A stretch of DNA of 64,000 nucleotides, taken from the NCBI GenBank assembly GCA_043812915.1, contig JBDRLQ010000007.1, positions 3,502 to 67,501 on the forward strand, written 5' to 3'. The notes under the pieces are model-generated. The model saw nothing but the letters and a program-made list of their open reading frames with translations. It did no database searches and had not been told where the DNA came from. Of this stretch, positions 7,776-16,683 are shown one piece after another; positions within the stretch are counted from its first letter, which is position 1, and each line of letters opens with the position of its first letter. Both the position numbers and the translations under genes were made by a program. This DNA comes from Candidatus Micrarchaeota archaeon (GTDB lineage Archaea; Micrarchaeota; Micrarchaeia; Anstonellales; Bilamarchaeaceae).

Positions 7776-8661
7776 ATGCCTGACTGGACAGTGACGGCCC
7801 TGATTGCGTTTTTCCTATTCGGCCTGCTGAATGTGATGCAGAAGATATACCGGAAAAAATCAAGCACTCGATGAGCCTGGTCATTCTTGTCGCATTTGGG
7901 GATTCTCTCCTGATGCTGCTTGCCTTGGTCAACGGCTTTTCGTGTCCTGATTTGCCCACTCTGCTTATCGGTATCTTCGCAGGTGTCCTCGGAGCCCTCG
8001 CGTTCATCCCATATATGGAGGCTATCCACAGGGAAGAAGTCTCGAGGGTGATTCTCCTGCTCAACCTCGTTCCTCTGTTCGTACTTGTAATCTCATTTTC
8101 TTTCTTGATGAAGTCCTTACTACTGCCCAATACGGGGCATTCGCATGCATCCTTGCGGGAGCGGTCCTAATCTCTATCCGGAGCTTCAAGGGGTTCCTGA
8201 AAATCAACAGGATGGTTGTGCTGCTAATTGGCATGTCCTCCTTCCTCTATGCCCTTCAGCTAATACTCTCAAAGTACGTGCTGACGAATATGGATTTCCT
8301 TGATGGTACTATCCTGATCGGGGGGAGCAACATGTTTGTTGTGATATCCCTTCTTCTTAGCCGCAGAACTCGGGGAAATGCTGTCGCTGACTTCCGCAGC
8401 ACAGGAGCGCTTGCCATCATAGTCTTCATAGCCGTATCCATTGCAGCCGTGCTTATCTACTTTTATGCCCTGATGCAGGGAAGCTCTTCATTGATTAGCG
8501 TGCTCTCCGGATTCCAGATGGTCGCCGTCTTCGCAATCGCCACAATCCTTTCATTCCGCGCCCCGAATCTCCTCAGGGAGGAGACCCATCCGAAGCACCT
8601 GCTCCTCAAAGCCTTCGCGATAGCGCTTATGATTGCGGGCCTTGCGCTCATTTACCTCTGA
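7776..8661 (+). pseudogene. EamA/DMT-family transporter interrupted by two 1-nt frameshifts (or sequencing errors) in homopolymer tracts
   Basis: Three consecutive frames (7776.., 7871.., 8101..8661) join into about 296 aa of EamA-like sequence. The shifts sit at the A6 run 7853-7858 and the T4 run 8095-8098. Restoring one nt gives ...VLVISFFFLDEVLTTAQYGAFACILAGAVLI. Confidence 0.7.
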
Positions 8662-8743
8662 GGCTGGCACAGCCCGGCTTCCCTTATAAGATTTTTTAAT
8701 GTGAATGGGTTAAATGATGGTTTAGCGGACAAACCGGCCACAG

Positions 8744-9955
8744 TTGATTTCTATGAGTGAAGTAGCCGTAATGGATAACATTCTGACGTTGATTCTGATA
8801 CTGAGCGCTGCGAAAGTCGCCGGTTTCATAGCCGAGAGGCTGAGGCAGCCGGCGGTGCTCGGGGAATTGCTGATCGGCATCATCCTCGGGCCGAGCCTTC
8901 TTGGCCTTATCCATGGAGATGCCGAGGTGATTGTGTTCCTGGCGGAAGTGGGTGTCATACTGCTCCTTTTCGATGTGGGCCTCAAATCCAACATCGACGA
9001 GCTCCTTACCGCGGGAAAGACCTCGAGCATCGTCGCACTAATCGGTGTTGCCGCCCCGCTTGCCCTTGGATATATCTTTAGTACCGAATTCCTGCACCTT
9101 GACCCTGTGATCGCCTTCTTTGTCGGTGCAACGCTGACGGCTACCAGCGTCGGAGTCACCATGAGGGTGCTCAATGACATAGGAAAAGTCAGGAGCGAGG
9201 AGGGCAAGGTCATCCTGGGGGCGGCGGTCATTGACGACATACTGGGCCTGATACTCCTGTCCATTATTGTTGATATCGTGGCATCCGGAGGGCTCTCCAT
9301 GCTCAATGTTGGGAAGGTAAGCCTTCTGTCGGCCGCCTTCCTGGCAGCGAGCATTTTCTTCGGAATCAAGCTCACGCCAAGGATAATCGACCTGGCGGAA
9401 TACGTGCATGTGAAAAGAACATTCATCATCGGGGCTTTCATATTCGCCCTGGGACTTGCCTTTGTTGCCAACAGCATCGGCTTGGCCACAATCGTAGGGG
9501 CTTTCGCAGCGGGCCTTGTGCTTGAGAAGACCCAAAACAAGTTCCGCATCAAGAAAAAGGTCAAGCCAGTGGCGGACCTCTTCGTGCCCGTCTTCTTCGT
9601 GATGGCCGGCGTCATTGTTGACCTTTCTTCCATCACAAGCATGGGGATAATAATTGCCGGGCTGGTGCTTACCGCAATCGCCATTGTCGGCAAGCTGGTG
9701 GCAGGGCTCGGATGCATAGGAAGCAAGGCAAAGGCGCTTCCAGTTGCGGTCGGCATGATTCCGAGGGGTGAAGTCGGCCTCATCTTCGCGAGCTTCGGTC
9801 TTACCCATGAGCTCATCAAGGCGGACATGTACTCAATCCTGATTATCGTGATAATCCTTACCACGCTGATTACTCCTCCGCTGCTGATGAGGCTGATGCA
9901 TGAGGTAAACCATGAGGATGAGGCCAATCCAGAAGATGAACTGACGGCTCAGTAG
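8744..9955 (+). CDS. cation:proton antiporter (CPA2, Kef/NapA-like)
   Basis: LILSAAKVAGFIAERLRQPAVLGELLIGIILGPSLLGLI, about 12 TM. No C-terminal RCK domain. Confidence 0.85.
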   Translation: MISMSEVAVMDNILTLILILSAAKVAGFIAERLRQPAVLGELLIGIILGPSLLGLIHGDAEVIVFLAEVGVILLLFDVGLKSNIDELLTAGKTSSIVALIGVAAPLALGYIFSTEFLHLDPVIAFFVGATLTATSVGVTMRVLNDIGKVRSEEGKVILGAAVIDDILGLILLSIIVDIVASGGLSMLNVGKVSLLSAAFLAASIFFGIKLTPRIIDLAEYVHVKRTFIIGAFIFALGLAFVANSIGLATIVGAFAAGLVLEKTQNKFRIKKKVKPVADLFVPVFFVMAGVIVDLSSITSMGIIIAGLVLTAIAIVGKLVAGLGCIGSKAKALPVAVGMIPRGEVGLIFASFGLTHELIKADMYSILIIVIILTTLITPPLLMRLMHEVNHEDEANPEDELTAQ

Positions 9956-9968
9956 TTTTTTCTTTTTT
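9956..9968 (+). terminator. oligo-T tracts (T6-C-T6) directly after the antiporter stop
   Basis: TAGTTTTTTCTTTTTTGG. This is the archaeal intrinsic termination signal type. Confidence 0.4.
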
Positions 9969-10057
9969 GGGCGCCGCCCTCCTCTCCTTATTTTTCCAAA
10001 AAATCCTCAGCAATAACGTTTTTATTTCTCCCCGCTGTAGCCTCATCTGAAAATTAG

Positions 10058-10402
10058 GTGATGGTTATGGCAAGGGCTAATTTGGACAGAAATGAGAAAA
10101 CAGTGGTCGCCCTCCTTGGCGCCCTCGGGCTTATAATACTCCTTGGCGGGGTGCTGCTAGGCTACTATTCATTCACGCTCGGCTTTGTGCTGGCATTCTC
10201 CTTCTGGGTGCTGGCTGGCGTGATTAAGATAATGAAGGGCGGAAAGAGGGAAATTGGGTCCATCATGGGGCTGCTTGGCCTTGTTGTGCTGTTCATCGGC
10301 CTCTTCACGGACCTCTACGACTTCAATCTTGGGCTCTTTGGCGCGCTCGCAATATGGATCCTGAGCGGAGTGGTGGCAACCTATCTCGGGGCAAAGAAAT
10401 AG
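10058..10402 (+). CDS. small 4-TM membrane protein made of two ~45-aa internal repeats (hypothetical)
   Basis: VVALLGALGLIILLGGVLLGYYSFTLGFVLAFSFWVLAGVI aligns with IMGLLGLVVLFIGLFTDLYDFNLGLFGALAIWILSGVV. SD AGGTGATGG. Confidence 0.6.
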   Translation: MMVMARANLDRNEKTVVALLGALGLIILLGGVLLGYYSFTLGFVLAFSFWVLAGVIKIMKGGKREIGSIMGLLGLVVLFIGLFTDLYDFNLGLFGALAIWILSGVVATYLGAKK

Positions 10403-10465
10403 CCCCACTATCATTTCATTTTGAAAAAAATGCCAGGGGCCTTTCTTACCATGCCCCATTCAACA

Positions 10466-12172
10466 TTATTCCGGGACACTGACCTTCAGGGGACTGGATT
10501 CCACGCCGAAATTGCCTACCATGTCGGCCGCCTGGATGCTGTACCAGTAGGTTTCCCCCTGGATCACCCTCTCATCCTTGAAGTTGAGGCTGCTTGTGAT
10601 GCCTGCCCACACTTTGGAGCCATCACTATCCCTCCTATATATGTAGTAGGTCCTGACTCCGCTTCCAACGTCCTTTGCTGGGCTCCAATACAGGAATACG
10701 GAAAAGGGGCTGGCTTTGGCTCCGATATTTGTCGGCGCCTCAGGGGCCTGCATGTCTAGGTATATCCTGCTGAACGCGGATGAAACGCCATAGTCATTCC
10801 TGCACTGGTAGTGCACAGTCTTGGCGCCAGTTGTGTCTGTCAGGGTAAATGTCTTCGAAGCGCTGTAGTCTTCCCATAGGGTCCACTCAAGCCCGTCTTC
10901 CCTGAGCCTGCATTGGTAGGCCCCCACCGCATTAAGCGTCAGGGAAACCAGGTTGCTCTCCGTGTACGCGTATCCTCCGTCAATCACGATGCTCATCTCT
11001 GAGGGGGGCTCTGTTGGCGCAAGGGAGTATCTTATGCCGGTGCTTACCGACCCAATCCCCTCGCCATTGCTTTTTCTGCAGTCCAGGAAGACGGCCTTCT
11101 CACCCTCGACGTCAGAGAGCATCCACGTCTTTTTCTTTTTGTATTTTTCCCACTCGCTCCAGGTTCCGCCGTCATTAGAATACCTGCACTCACTCGCGGC
11201 AAAAGCGTAAATGCCCAGCGTTACATTCCTGCTGTTGGTCCACGCATCCCCGTTGTTTATGGTTATTGAGATGTAGGGAGGGGGTGATGTGTCAAGGACT
11301 ATGCTGTCAGAAACACTCTCCGAGACAACGCCCTCAGCGTTCCTGCACTGCAGGTAGACGCTCTTCGTTCCGTCGTTGCCTGTTAGCTCCCAGCTCACTG
11401 TTGGCGAGTATGCAATCCACTCCCCCCACTCGTCCTTCGTATTCGATATCCTGCACTCTGAAGCTGTTGGCGATTCCATGCTGAGCGTGACATCCCTCTT
11501 ATCAGTGTATCCTGAGCCGCCGTCTATCATGAGCTCCACTGCCGGAGACTTTACCAGCTCAAAGCTTACTGTCCGCTCCACTACTGCGGTTCCGCCCGCG
11601 CACCGAAGCTGCAGGGTATGACTTCCTCCAAGGCCCCTTATTGATATGTTCTGAATCCTCCCGGATGTCACAACCCCGATGCTTATCGGCTTCTGGTCAA
11701 GTTCGGCACTGCAGTTCAGTGATTCGGCAAACTGGTCCGTGGCGGTGAAGATGAGCCGGAACCTGTCCACGTAGCTTTCACCCGCGAGAGGGCTCTTAAT
11801 CTCAAGCTCCGGGGCCTGCCTGTCAAGGATGATGGTGGCCGCAACAGGGGCCGAAAGCTCGCCCTCGGAGTTCCTGCACTGGTAGAATACCTGTTTTATA
11901 CCGTCCCCTCCGCCAAGCGTCCATTGCCTGCTTTGGGCGTACTGCTCCCAGCCGCCCCAGCTCTCACTATCTGTTCCGAGCCTGCATTCAGAGGCTCCTT
12001 CGGCGTACAGATGCAGTTCTACTGATTCGGTGTTGGCGTATCCTGAGCCTCCTGCGAATGAAATCTCCAAATCCCGCGGAGGCTCAAGGTCCGCAACTGG
12101 CGCAGCCGGCTGCGTGCAGCCGAAAAACAGCAATAATCCAAAAATGGCCAGCATCAGGTATTCTTTTTTCAT
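10466..12172 (-). CDS. secreted lipoprotein: four ~95-aa two-Cys repeat domains, one Ig-like domain, C-terminal fibronectin type III domain
   Basis: Lipobox LLFFGC. Repeat consensus GGSGYT..R.V.L......ECR......W..W..Y....W.L....G.K.VY.QCRN..G. FN3-like end FSVFLYWSPAKDVGSGVRTYYIYRRD...YWYSIQAADMVGN. Confidence 0.8.
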   Translation of the reverse strand: MKKEYLMLAIFGLLLFFGCTQPAAPVADLEPPRDLEISFAGGSGYANTESVELHLYAEGASECRLGTDSESWGGWEQYAQSRQWTLGGGDGIKQVFYQCRNSEGELSAPVAATIILDRQAPELEIKSPLAGESYVDRFRLIFTATDQFAESLNCSAELDQKPISIGVVTSGRIQNISIRGLGGSHTLQLRCAGGTAVVERTVSFELVKSPAVELMIDGGSGYTDKRDVTLSMESPTASECRISNTKDEWGEWIAYSPTVSWELTGNDGTKSVYLQCRNAEGVVSESVSDSIVLDTSPPPYISITINNGDAWTNSRNVTLGIYAFAASECRYSNDGGTWSEWEKYKKKKTWMLSDVEGEKAVFLDCRKSNGEGIGSVSTGIRYSLAPTEPPSEMSIVIDGGYAYTESNLVSLTLNAVGAYQCRLREDGLEWTLWEDYSASKTFTLTDTTGAKTVHYQCRNDYGVSSAFSRIYLDMQAPEAPTNIGAKASPFSVFLYWSPAKDVGSGVRTYYIYRRDSDGSKVWAGITSSLNFKDERVIQGETYWYSIQAADMVGNFGVESSPLKVSVPE

Positions 12173-12259
12173 GTAACCACGCTCTTGAATTGCGGACTAT
12201 ATTTATTAATGTGACCCAATCCGCACGGCGGACGGGACTATAGAGTAGCGAATATTATT

Positions 12260-13039
12260 TCATTTTTTGATGAATAGACCTAGCGTGAGCAGCATGAGGA
12301 AAATTGCCGCGGGGCATCCTTCTGGCCTTGGAACGCATCTCCCGCCATCACAGCCATAGCCAGGAGGGCAGTCACTGCTTCTTGCGCATTCGGGAGCAGT
12401 GGAGATGCGTATGCAGCTTTGCCCGTCACATACATCCCCAAGGCCGTTCCTCTGGCAGTACTCATCGCTGGTGCATGAGTTTAGCTCAGCCTCCATCTCA
12501 TGGCTCAAATCAGACATGGGCTCCCCATCAAGCAGGATTCCGGCAGTCTCATTCGGCTCCCAGGAATAGTACTCCTCGGCCATCCTGGCTGCGGAATACT
12601 TGGTGCTGAACCCCCTGAGCTCATCGGTTGACTCTATATAATCGGAATATGGCATTGCGAATACGATTTTCCAGTCCCCGCCCACCTTGTGCAGGAGGGA
12701 AACATAATCAAGGTCCTCCTCAAGCGTGCCCTCATACCCGCTAATCCTGCCCCGCATGCGGTATATTGCCAGCGAATAGTCGCCTTCGTCGTCAATCACG
12801 TAATCCAGCCCTGATAGCAGGTATTCATCAGTGTCATAGCGCTTCCAGGTCTCAAGCGCAAGGTCCCGCGTCATTTCCACGGCCAAAGCATCCATATCCG
12901 TCTGGTCCAGGGATGCCATGTAGGTGCCGATGTCCTCGGCCATGGCAGCGTCATAATATGCCTTCAGGGCTCCATCCACCGTGTTGGCATGTGCGATTCC
13001 GCACAGCAGGACTGCAATTAATGCGATAGCGTATCTCAT
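12260..13039 (-). CDS. secreted protein: alpha+beta (NTF2-like?) N-terminal domain, Cys-rich module, C-terminal TM anchor (hypothetical)
   Basis: Signal peptide MRYAIALIAVLLCGIAHA. Cys module ECARSSDCPPGYGCDGGRC. Tail CPAAIFLMLLTLGLFIKK. SD AGGTGG, and the ATG sits 1 nt after the upstream stop. Confidence 0.7.
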   Translation of the reverse strand: MRYAIALIAVLLCGIAHANTVDGALKAYYDAAMAEDIGTYMASLDQTDMDALAVEMTRDLALETWKRYDTDEYLLSGLDYVIDDEGDYSLAIYRMRGRISGYEGTLEEDLDYVSLLHKVGGDWKIVFAMPYSDYIESTDELRGFSTKYSAARMAEEYYSWEPNETAGILLDGEPMSDLSHEMEAELNSCTSDEYCQRNGLGDVCDGQSCIRISTAPECARSSDCPPGYGCDGGRCVPRPEGCPAAIFLMLLTLGLFIKK

Positions 13040-13040
13040 A

Positions 13041-15083
13041 TCAACCACCTGCGGTTGTTTCCGCGAAGCCGAGGTATTCCATCCTGAAATCAAAGGTTCT
13101 CATGCTCTCGAAGCCGTCCTCGTCAGAGACTTTTATTATGAATGCATCATCCCTCTCCAGCGTCTGCGCGGCGAGAATCCTCTGCTGATTCGCCTTTGCC
13201 TTGAGGGCGGCCTGCGCGGAGCCAAGGACAAAGTCCGCTACGATGTCCTCCGCAGCCGCTGTCAGGAAGCCGACGACTGGTATTTCCTTTGGAAGGAAAG
13301 TCACTATACCTATTGTCAGCTTGACCCCTTCTACTGTTAGGTCCAGGGATCGGTAAACCGTCTCGCCTGTGCTCTGCGATTGGGATATGTCGCTGATTCC
13401 CTGGATTATGTTCCCCGTGCTCTGGGTCACTTCATAAGTGCTTTTCACAAGAACGACGACCGGCACCGCGTTGGTCGCAAACTTTGATGGCATTTCGACC
13501 GCCTTCTTCACAAGGTGTGTCTTCACAACGCTGTAGACGCCGTTTATGGCCGCCCCCTTGCCGACCCCCATCATCTCCCTGGCGAAAACGATTTCGTTCT
13601 TGTTAAGGCCCCGCGCGGGGGACATCCACTGGACGGTCTCCATGTTCTTTTCAGACGCGAAGCTATACTCCCGCTCCCTGTCGTAGACGACGTGGCTGTG
13701 CCCGGGTTCGAACTCCCCCCCGAAATTGGTGATTGTGTATACCCATGCCTTTGAGCCGTCGGGATCCTGGATATTAATGCGGATATTGTGCATAAGGTAG
13801 GCCTGGGCCGGATCAGGCTCAATGCTGACAGAAGTTATCACCGGGGCCGGCGAGCGCATCTCAAGCTCCCCGCTCCCGAAAGCGGTCCAGTCGTCTCGCT
13901 CGTCATGCTTGGAAACCTGGGCACTAACCTCAAGGCCGTACGGAAGGCTCTCCCAATCGGTCCTGTAAATTGAATTTAATGACGGGAAGGAAAGGGTGGC
14001 CTGCACTATGCCGAACTCGTCGGTGTATTTGTATGCGTCCCTGAAGCCCCATATCCCCAGCACCCCGCTGTTCTTCGGGTCATTGACGCGCAGATATACT
14101 CTCGCCCCCTTTACAGGGTCTCCGGTGGAATTTAGGACTGTCACGAATATCTCAGCGCTGTCCCTTCCATTGAGGAACACGGATGGCTTGCTGAACGAAA
14201 CGGAAACTATTGGCGGCTCAAGGTTCTTCTCTATCGCTATGCACTGGCCTGATGAGGTATCGCATCCATTGTAGCAATAGTAAGCTCCGGTGTAGGCGCA
14301 TCGGCCTTCTGAAGGCTCGCAATGCCCCCCGTAATTGCTGTAATCCCCAGCGCAGGCGAATTCCGGGCAGATAACTCCATCGCACCCCCTTTCCGGGACC
14401 ACCCCGCTGTATCCGCAGCTAGTTTCCATGCAGGAGAGATAGGTGCTGTCGCATCCCGAGTGGCAGCCGCCGTTCCCTTCTCCGCATGACTGGTAGCAGG
14501 AGAGGTGCGGGCGGACGCAGATCTGCTGGCATTCCGGCAGCTCCGATATGTCGATTTCAGGCGGCTCTGGCCCCTGCGGAATATCATCGTCCGGGAAAGA
14601 GTTTCTGCACATATAGTCGCAGCTTCCAATATATGCGGCACATGGGTCATTATCGGTTGTGCAGCGGGAGATGCAGTCCTGCAGGCTTGAATATGCAGGG
14701 CAGGCGCTATCGCCTGCGGCATCGCCATCATCAACCTTTGAGCAGACCGAGCAGAATTCCCCGCGCGGGCAGTTCGTAATTAGCGTCTCCTCGTTAGTGA
14801 AGCATCCATATCCTGCCGGGCAGTCCGAGTCGCTTCTGCACTCGGCGTATGAGCCTTCGCCCTCTCCCTCGAAGGGGCAATAGCATTCGCACGGCTCTCC
14901 CTGCGGGCAGGAGCATGCCAGATAGCCATGGGATGCTTCATCCCACACGCCCTCGCAGTCCGTGGTGCATGGGATTCCCCCTGTCCCTCCGCAGAGGAAG
15001 CAGTCCGAAGCTCCTGCTGGGCACCCATCTGCGAATGAGGCCTGAAGGAGGAAGAGGAGCATGAGCAGCGCCGCGTTTCTCAT
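13041..15083 (-). CDS. large secreted cysteine-rich protein with Ig-like (Big-type) middle region (hypothetical)
   Basis: Start MRNAALLMLLFLLQASFA chosen because the upstream 190 codons of the track ORF overlap the opposite-strand ogt gene. Roughly the first 290 aa are very Cys-rich (ECRSDSDCPAGYGC...). Then SAEIFVTVLNSTGDPVKGARVYLRV. Confidence 0.7.
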   Translation of the reverse strand: MRNAALLMLLFLLQASFADGCPAGASDCFLCGGTGGIPCTTDCEGVWDEASHGYLACSCPQGEPCECYCPFEGEGEGSYAECRSDSDCPAGYGCFTNEETLITNCPRGEFCSVCSKVDDGDAAGDSACPAYSSLQDCISRCTTDNDPCAAYIGSCDYMCRNSFPDDDIPQGPEPPEIDISELPECQQICVRPHLSCYQSCGEGNGGCHSGCDSTYLSCMETSCGYSGVVPERGCDGVICPEFACAGDYSNYGGHCEPSEGRCAYTGAYYCYNGCDTSSGQCIAIEKNLEPPIVSVSFSKPSVFLNGRDSAEIFVTVLNSTGDPVKGARVYLRVNDPKNSGVLGIWGFRDAYKYTDEFGIVQATLSFPSLNSIYRTDWESLPYGLEVSAQVSKHDERDDWTAFGSGELEMRSPAPVITSVSIEPDPAQAYLMHNIRINIQDPDGSKAWVYTITNFGGEFEPGHSHVVYDREREYSFASEKNMETVQWMSPARGLNKNEIVFAREMMGVGKGAAINGVYSVVKTHLVKKAVEMPSKFATNAVPVVVLVKSTYEVTQSTGNIIQGISDISQSQSTGETVYRSLDLTVEGVKLTIGIVTFLPKEIPVVGFLTAAAEDIVADFVLGSAQAALKAKANQQRILAAQTLERDDAFIIKVSDEDGFESMRTFDFRMEYLGFAETTAGG

Positions 15084-15133
15084 GCTTTTGCTAATCCAGG
15101 AAAGTAATATATCCTTTTTCCTGGCAAGAGAGG

Positions 15134-15457
15134 ATGATGAATCCCACCCCATTTGAGAAGAAAGTATATGCCGCCTGCTCCAGGATAAGGAAAGGCAGGG
15201 TATCCACTTACGCGGAAATCGCCAAGGCAATCGGCAATCCAAAGGCGCCCAGGGCCGTTGGAAACGCCCTGAACCGAAATCCCTACAAAACAGTGCCCTG
15301 CCATCGGGTTGTCCGCAGCGACGGAAGAATAGGCGGATTCGCAAGGGGAACCGGGAACAAGGAGAAGATGCTCCGCTCTGAAGGCGTGGGGATAATGAAA
15401 GGGATGATAAGCGGTTTTGGCAGGGCATTCCAGCCGCTTCAGAAGCCTCTGGGCTGA
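15134..15457 (+). CDS. ogt: methylated-DNA--protein-cysteine methyltransferase, single-domain (C-terminal MGMT domain only)
   Basis: Active-site PCHRVV, and helix-turn-helix YAEIAKAIGNPKAPRAVGNALNRNP. Only 107 aa. Confidence 0.85.
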   Translation: MMNPTPFEKKVYAACSRIRKGRVSTYAEIAKAIGNPKAPRAVGNALNRNPYKTVPCHRVVRSDGRIGGFARGTGNKEKMLRSEGVGIMKGMISGFGRAFQPLQKPLG

Positions 15458-15509
15458 TGCAGTTTTTTATGCTTTTTCTAATTAATATCTCCAAGATGCC
15501 AATGAGCAG

Positions 15510-16010
15510 GTGTTCTACATGAAAAAAGAAACTCCGTATATGAAATCTGAAACAGGATGCTGCCCGAAGTTCGACCCAAAGCCTTGGGATGAAAAGGAAT
15601 TCGACTGGAAGGACAAGCTTTTTGTTAAGGACAGGGTGACTAGCATATTCCACATCCCGCTCAACTTCGGGAGCGTAATCAAAAGGAACATGGAGAAGAT
15701 GGAGAAGGCAGATGCCCTGGCCCCGGAATGGCTTCTTCTTTCTGATGAGAATTCCCTATGGGGCGCGGACGTCTACTTCGCTGTTACTACCAAGGTCCCT
15801 GGATGCGAGAATGTGAAATTTTCAGGGACATTCCTCTCAAAGGTCTTTGAGGGCGATTATAAGGACACGGGCAAGTGGGCCGAGCAGATGAAAGGTTATG
15901 TGAAAGCAGATGGCAGGAAGCTCAAGAAGATGTACTTCTACTACACCACATGCCCCAAATGCGCCAAGCACTATGGCAAGAACTACGTTGTCATACTCGC
16001 GAAAGTCTAG
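15510..16010 (+). CDS. conserved hypothetical protein (CCPKFDP...CPKC family seen in methanogens)
   Basis: GCCPKFDPKPWDEKEFDWKDKLFVKD...LSDENSLWGADVYF...YYTTCPKCAKHYGKNYVVILAKV. I recall similar proteins annotated only generically. Confidence 0.6.
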   Translation: MFYMKKETPYMKSETGCCPKFDPKPWDEKEFDWKDKLFVKDRVTSIFHIPLNFGSVIKRNMEKMEKADALAPEWLLLSDENSLWGADVYFAVTTKVPGCENVKFSGTFLSKVFEGDYKDTGKWAEQMKGYVKADGRKLKKMYFYYTTCPKCAKHYGKNYVVILAKV

Positions 16011-16053
16011 CCATGGCATAATAAATATAAACAATTCCTCCTAAGTCCATCTC

Positions 16054-16629
16054 ATGTCATCCAAACTGATTCCCATATTGCTGCTGGTGCTGCTCCCATC
16101 AGTTTCCTTTGCCGGGGGAACATGCGCCTACGAGGCCTTCACAAAAGCCTGCAATAACTGCCCATTCGATGCCCTAGGAAAGATAGATGAGAAGTGCTTC
16201 AAAGGATACGAGTCCCAGGGCACCACGTGCCTGGCAACGACCTATCCTGGGATGAGCCTCTCATATACTTTTGGCAACTGTCCGCAGATGGATGAGTGTG
16301 TGCAGAGGCTCAGCTCATGCAAGGAGGCGCACAAGAGCGGCTCCGATGCAAGGGACTGCAACAATCAGGAGATGATTGAGTGCTTCAGGATGGGGGACCG
16401 CTGCGCTGATGCGGCGAATGATGTCTGCAGCGGGGGGAAGACTGAAGGGGAGGCCGGATTCGATAACGCTTCAGCAGGAGGCGATGAGCCCCCACCGGCA
16501 CCACCTCCAGAGCAGCCGCCACAATATCCTCCCAAACCAGTGGGGGAGGCTCCAATGTGGGACTTCCTATGCGATATTTGGTTTATCCTGCCTATGCTGG
16601 CAGTGCTGGCATTCATAAGAAGGGAGTAA
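16054..16629 (+). CDS. secreted Cys-rich protein with Pro-rich stalk and C-terminal TM anchor (hypothetical)
   Basis: Signal peptide, about 14 Cys in the ectodomain, EPPPAPPPEQPPQYPPKP linker, hydrophobic tail ending IRRE. Confidence 0.65.
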   Translation: MSSKLIPILLLVLLPSVSFAGGTCAYEAFTKACNNCPFDALGKIDEKCFKGYESQGTTCLATTYPGMSLSYTFGNCPQMDECVQRLSSCKEAHKSGSDARDCNNQEMIECFRMGDRCADAANDVCSGGKTEGEAGFDNASAGGDEPPPAPPPEQPPQYPPKPVGEAPMWDFLCDIWFILPMLAVLAFIRRE

Positions 16630-16683
16630 TGCCCTAATAAAAGAAAGGGGACTGGCCCCACCATTCTCTTTTTCTGGAAAAAA

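Noticed and set aside
8722-9927. 401-aa minus-strand ORF
   Set aside because: It is a full-length antisense shadow of the CPA2 antiporter gene. The composition is S/T/M/P/A-rich and low-complexity, with no SD.
15084-15653. N-terminal 190 codons of the track ORF 13041..15653 (-)
   Set aside because: It runs antisense through the well-supported ogt gene and lacks protein-like composition. MRNAALLMLLFLL at 15083 is a textbook signal peptide with a TATA-like box about 30 nt upstream.
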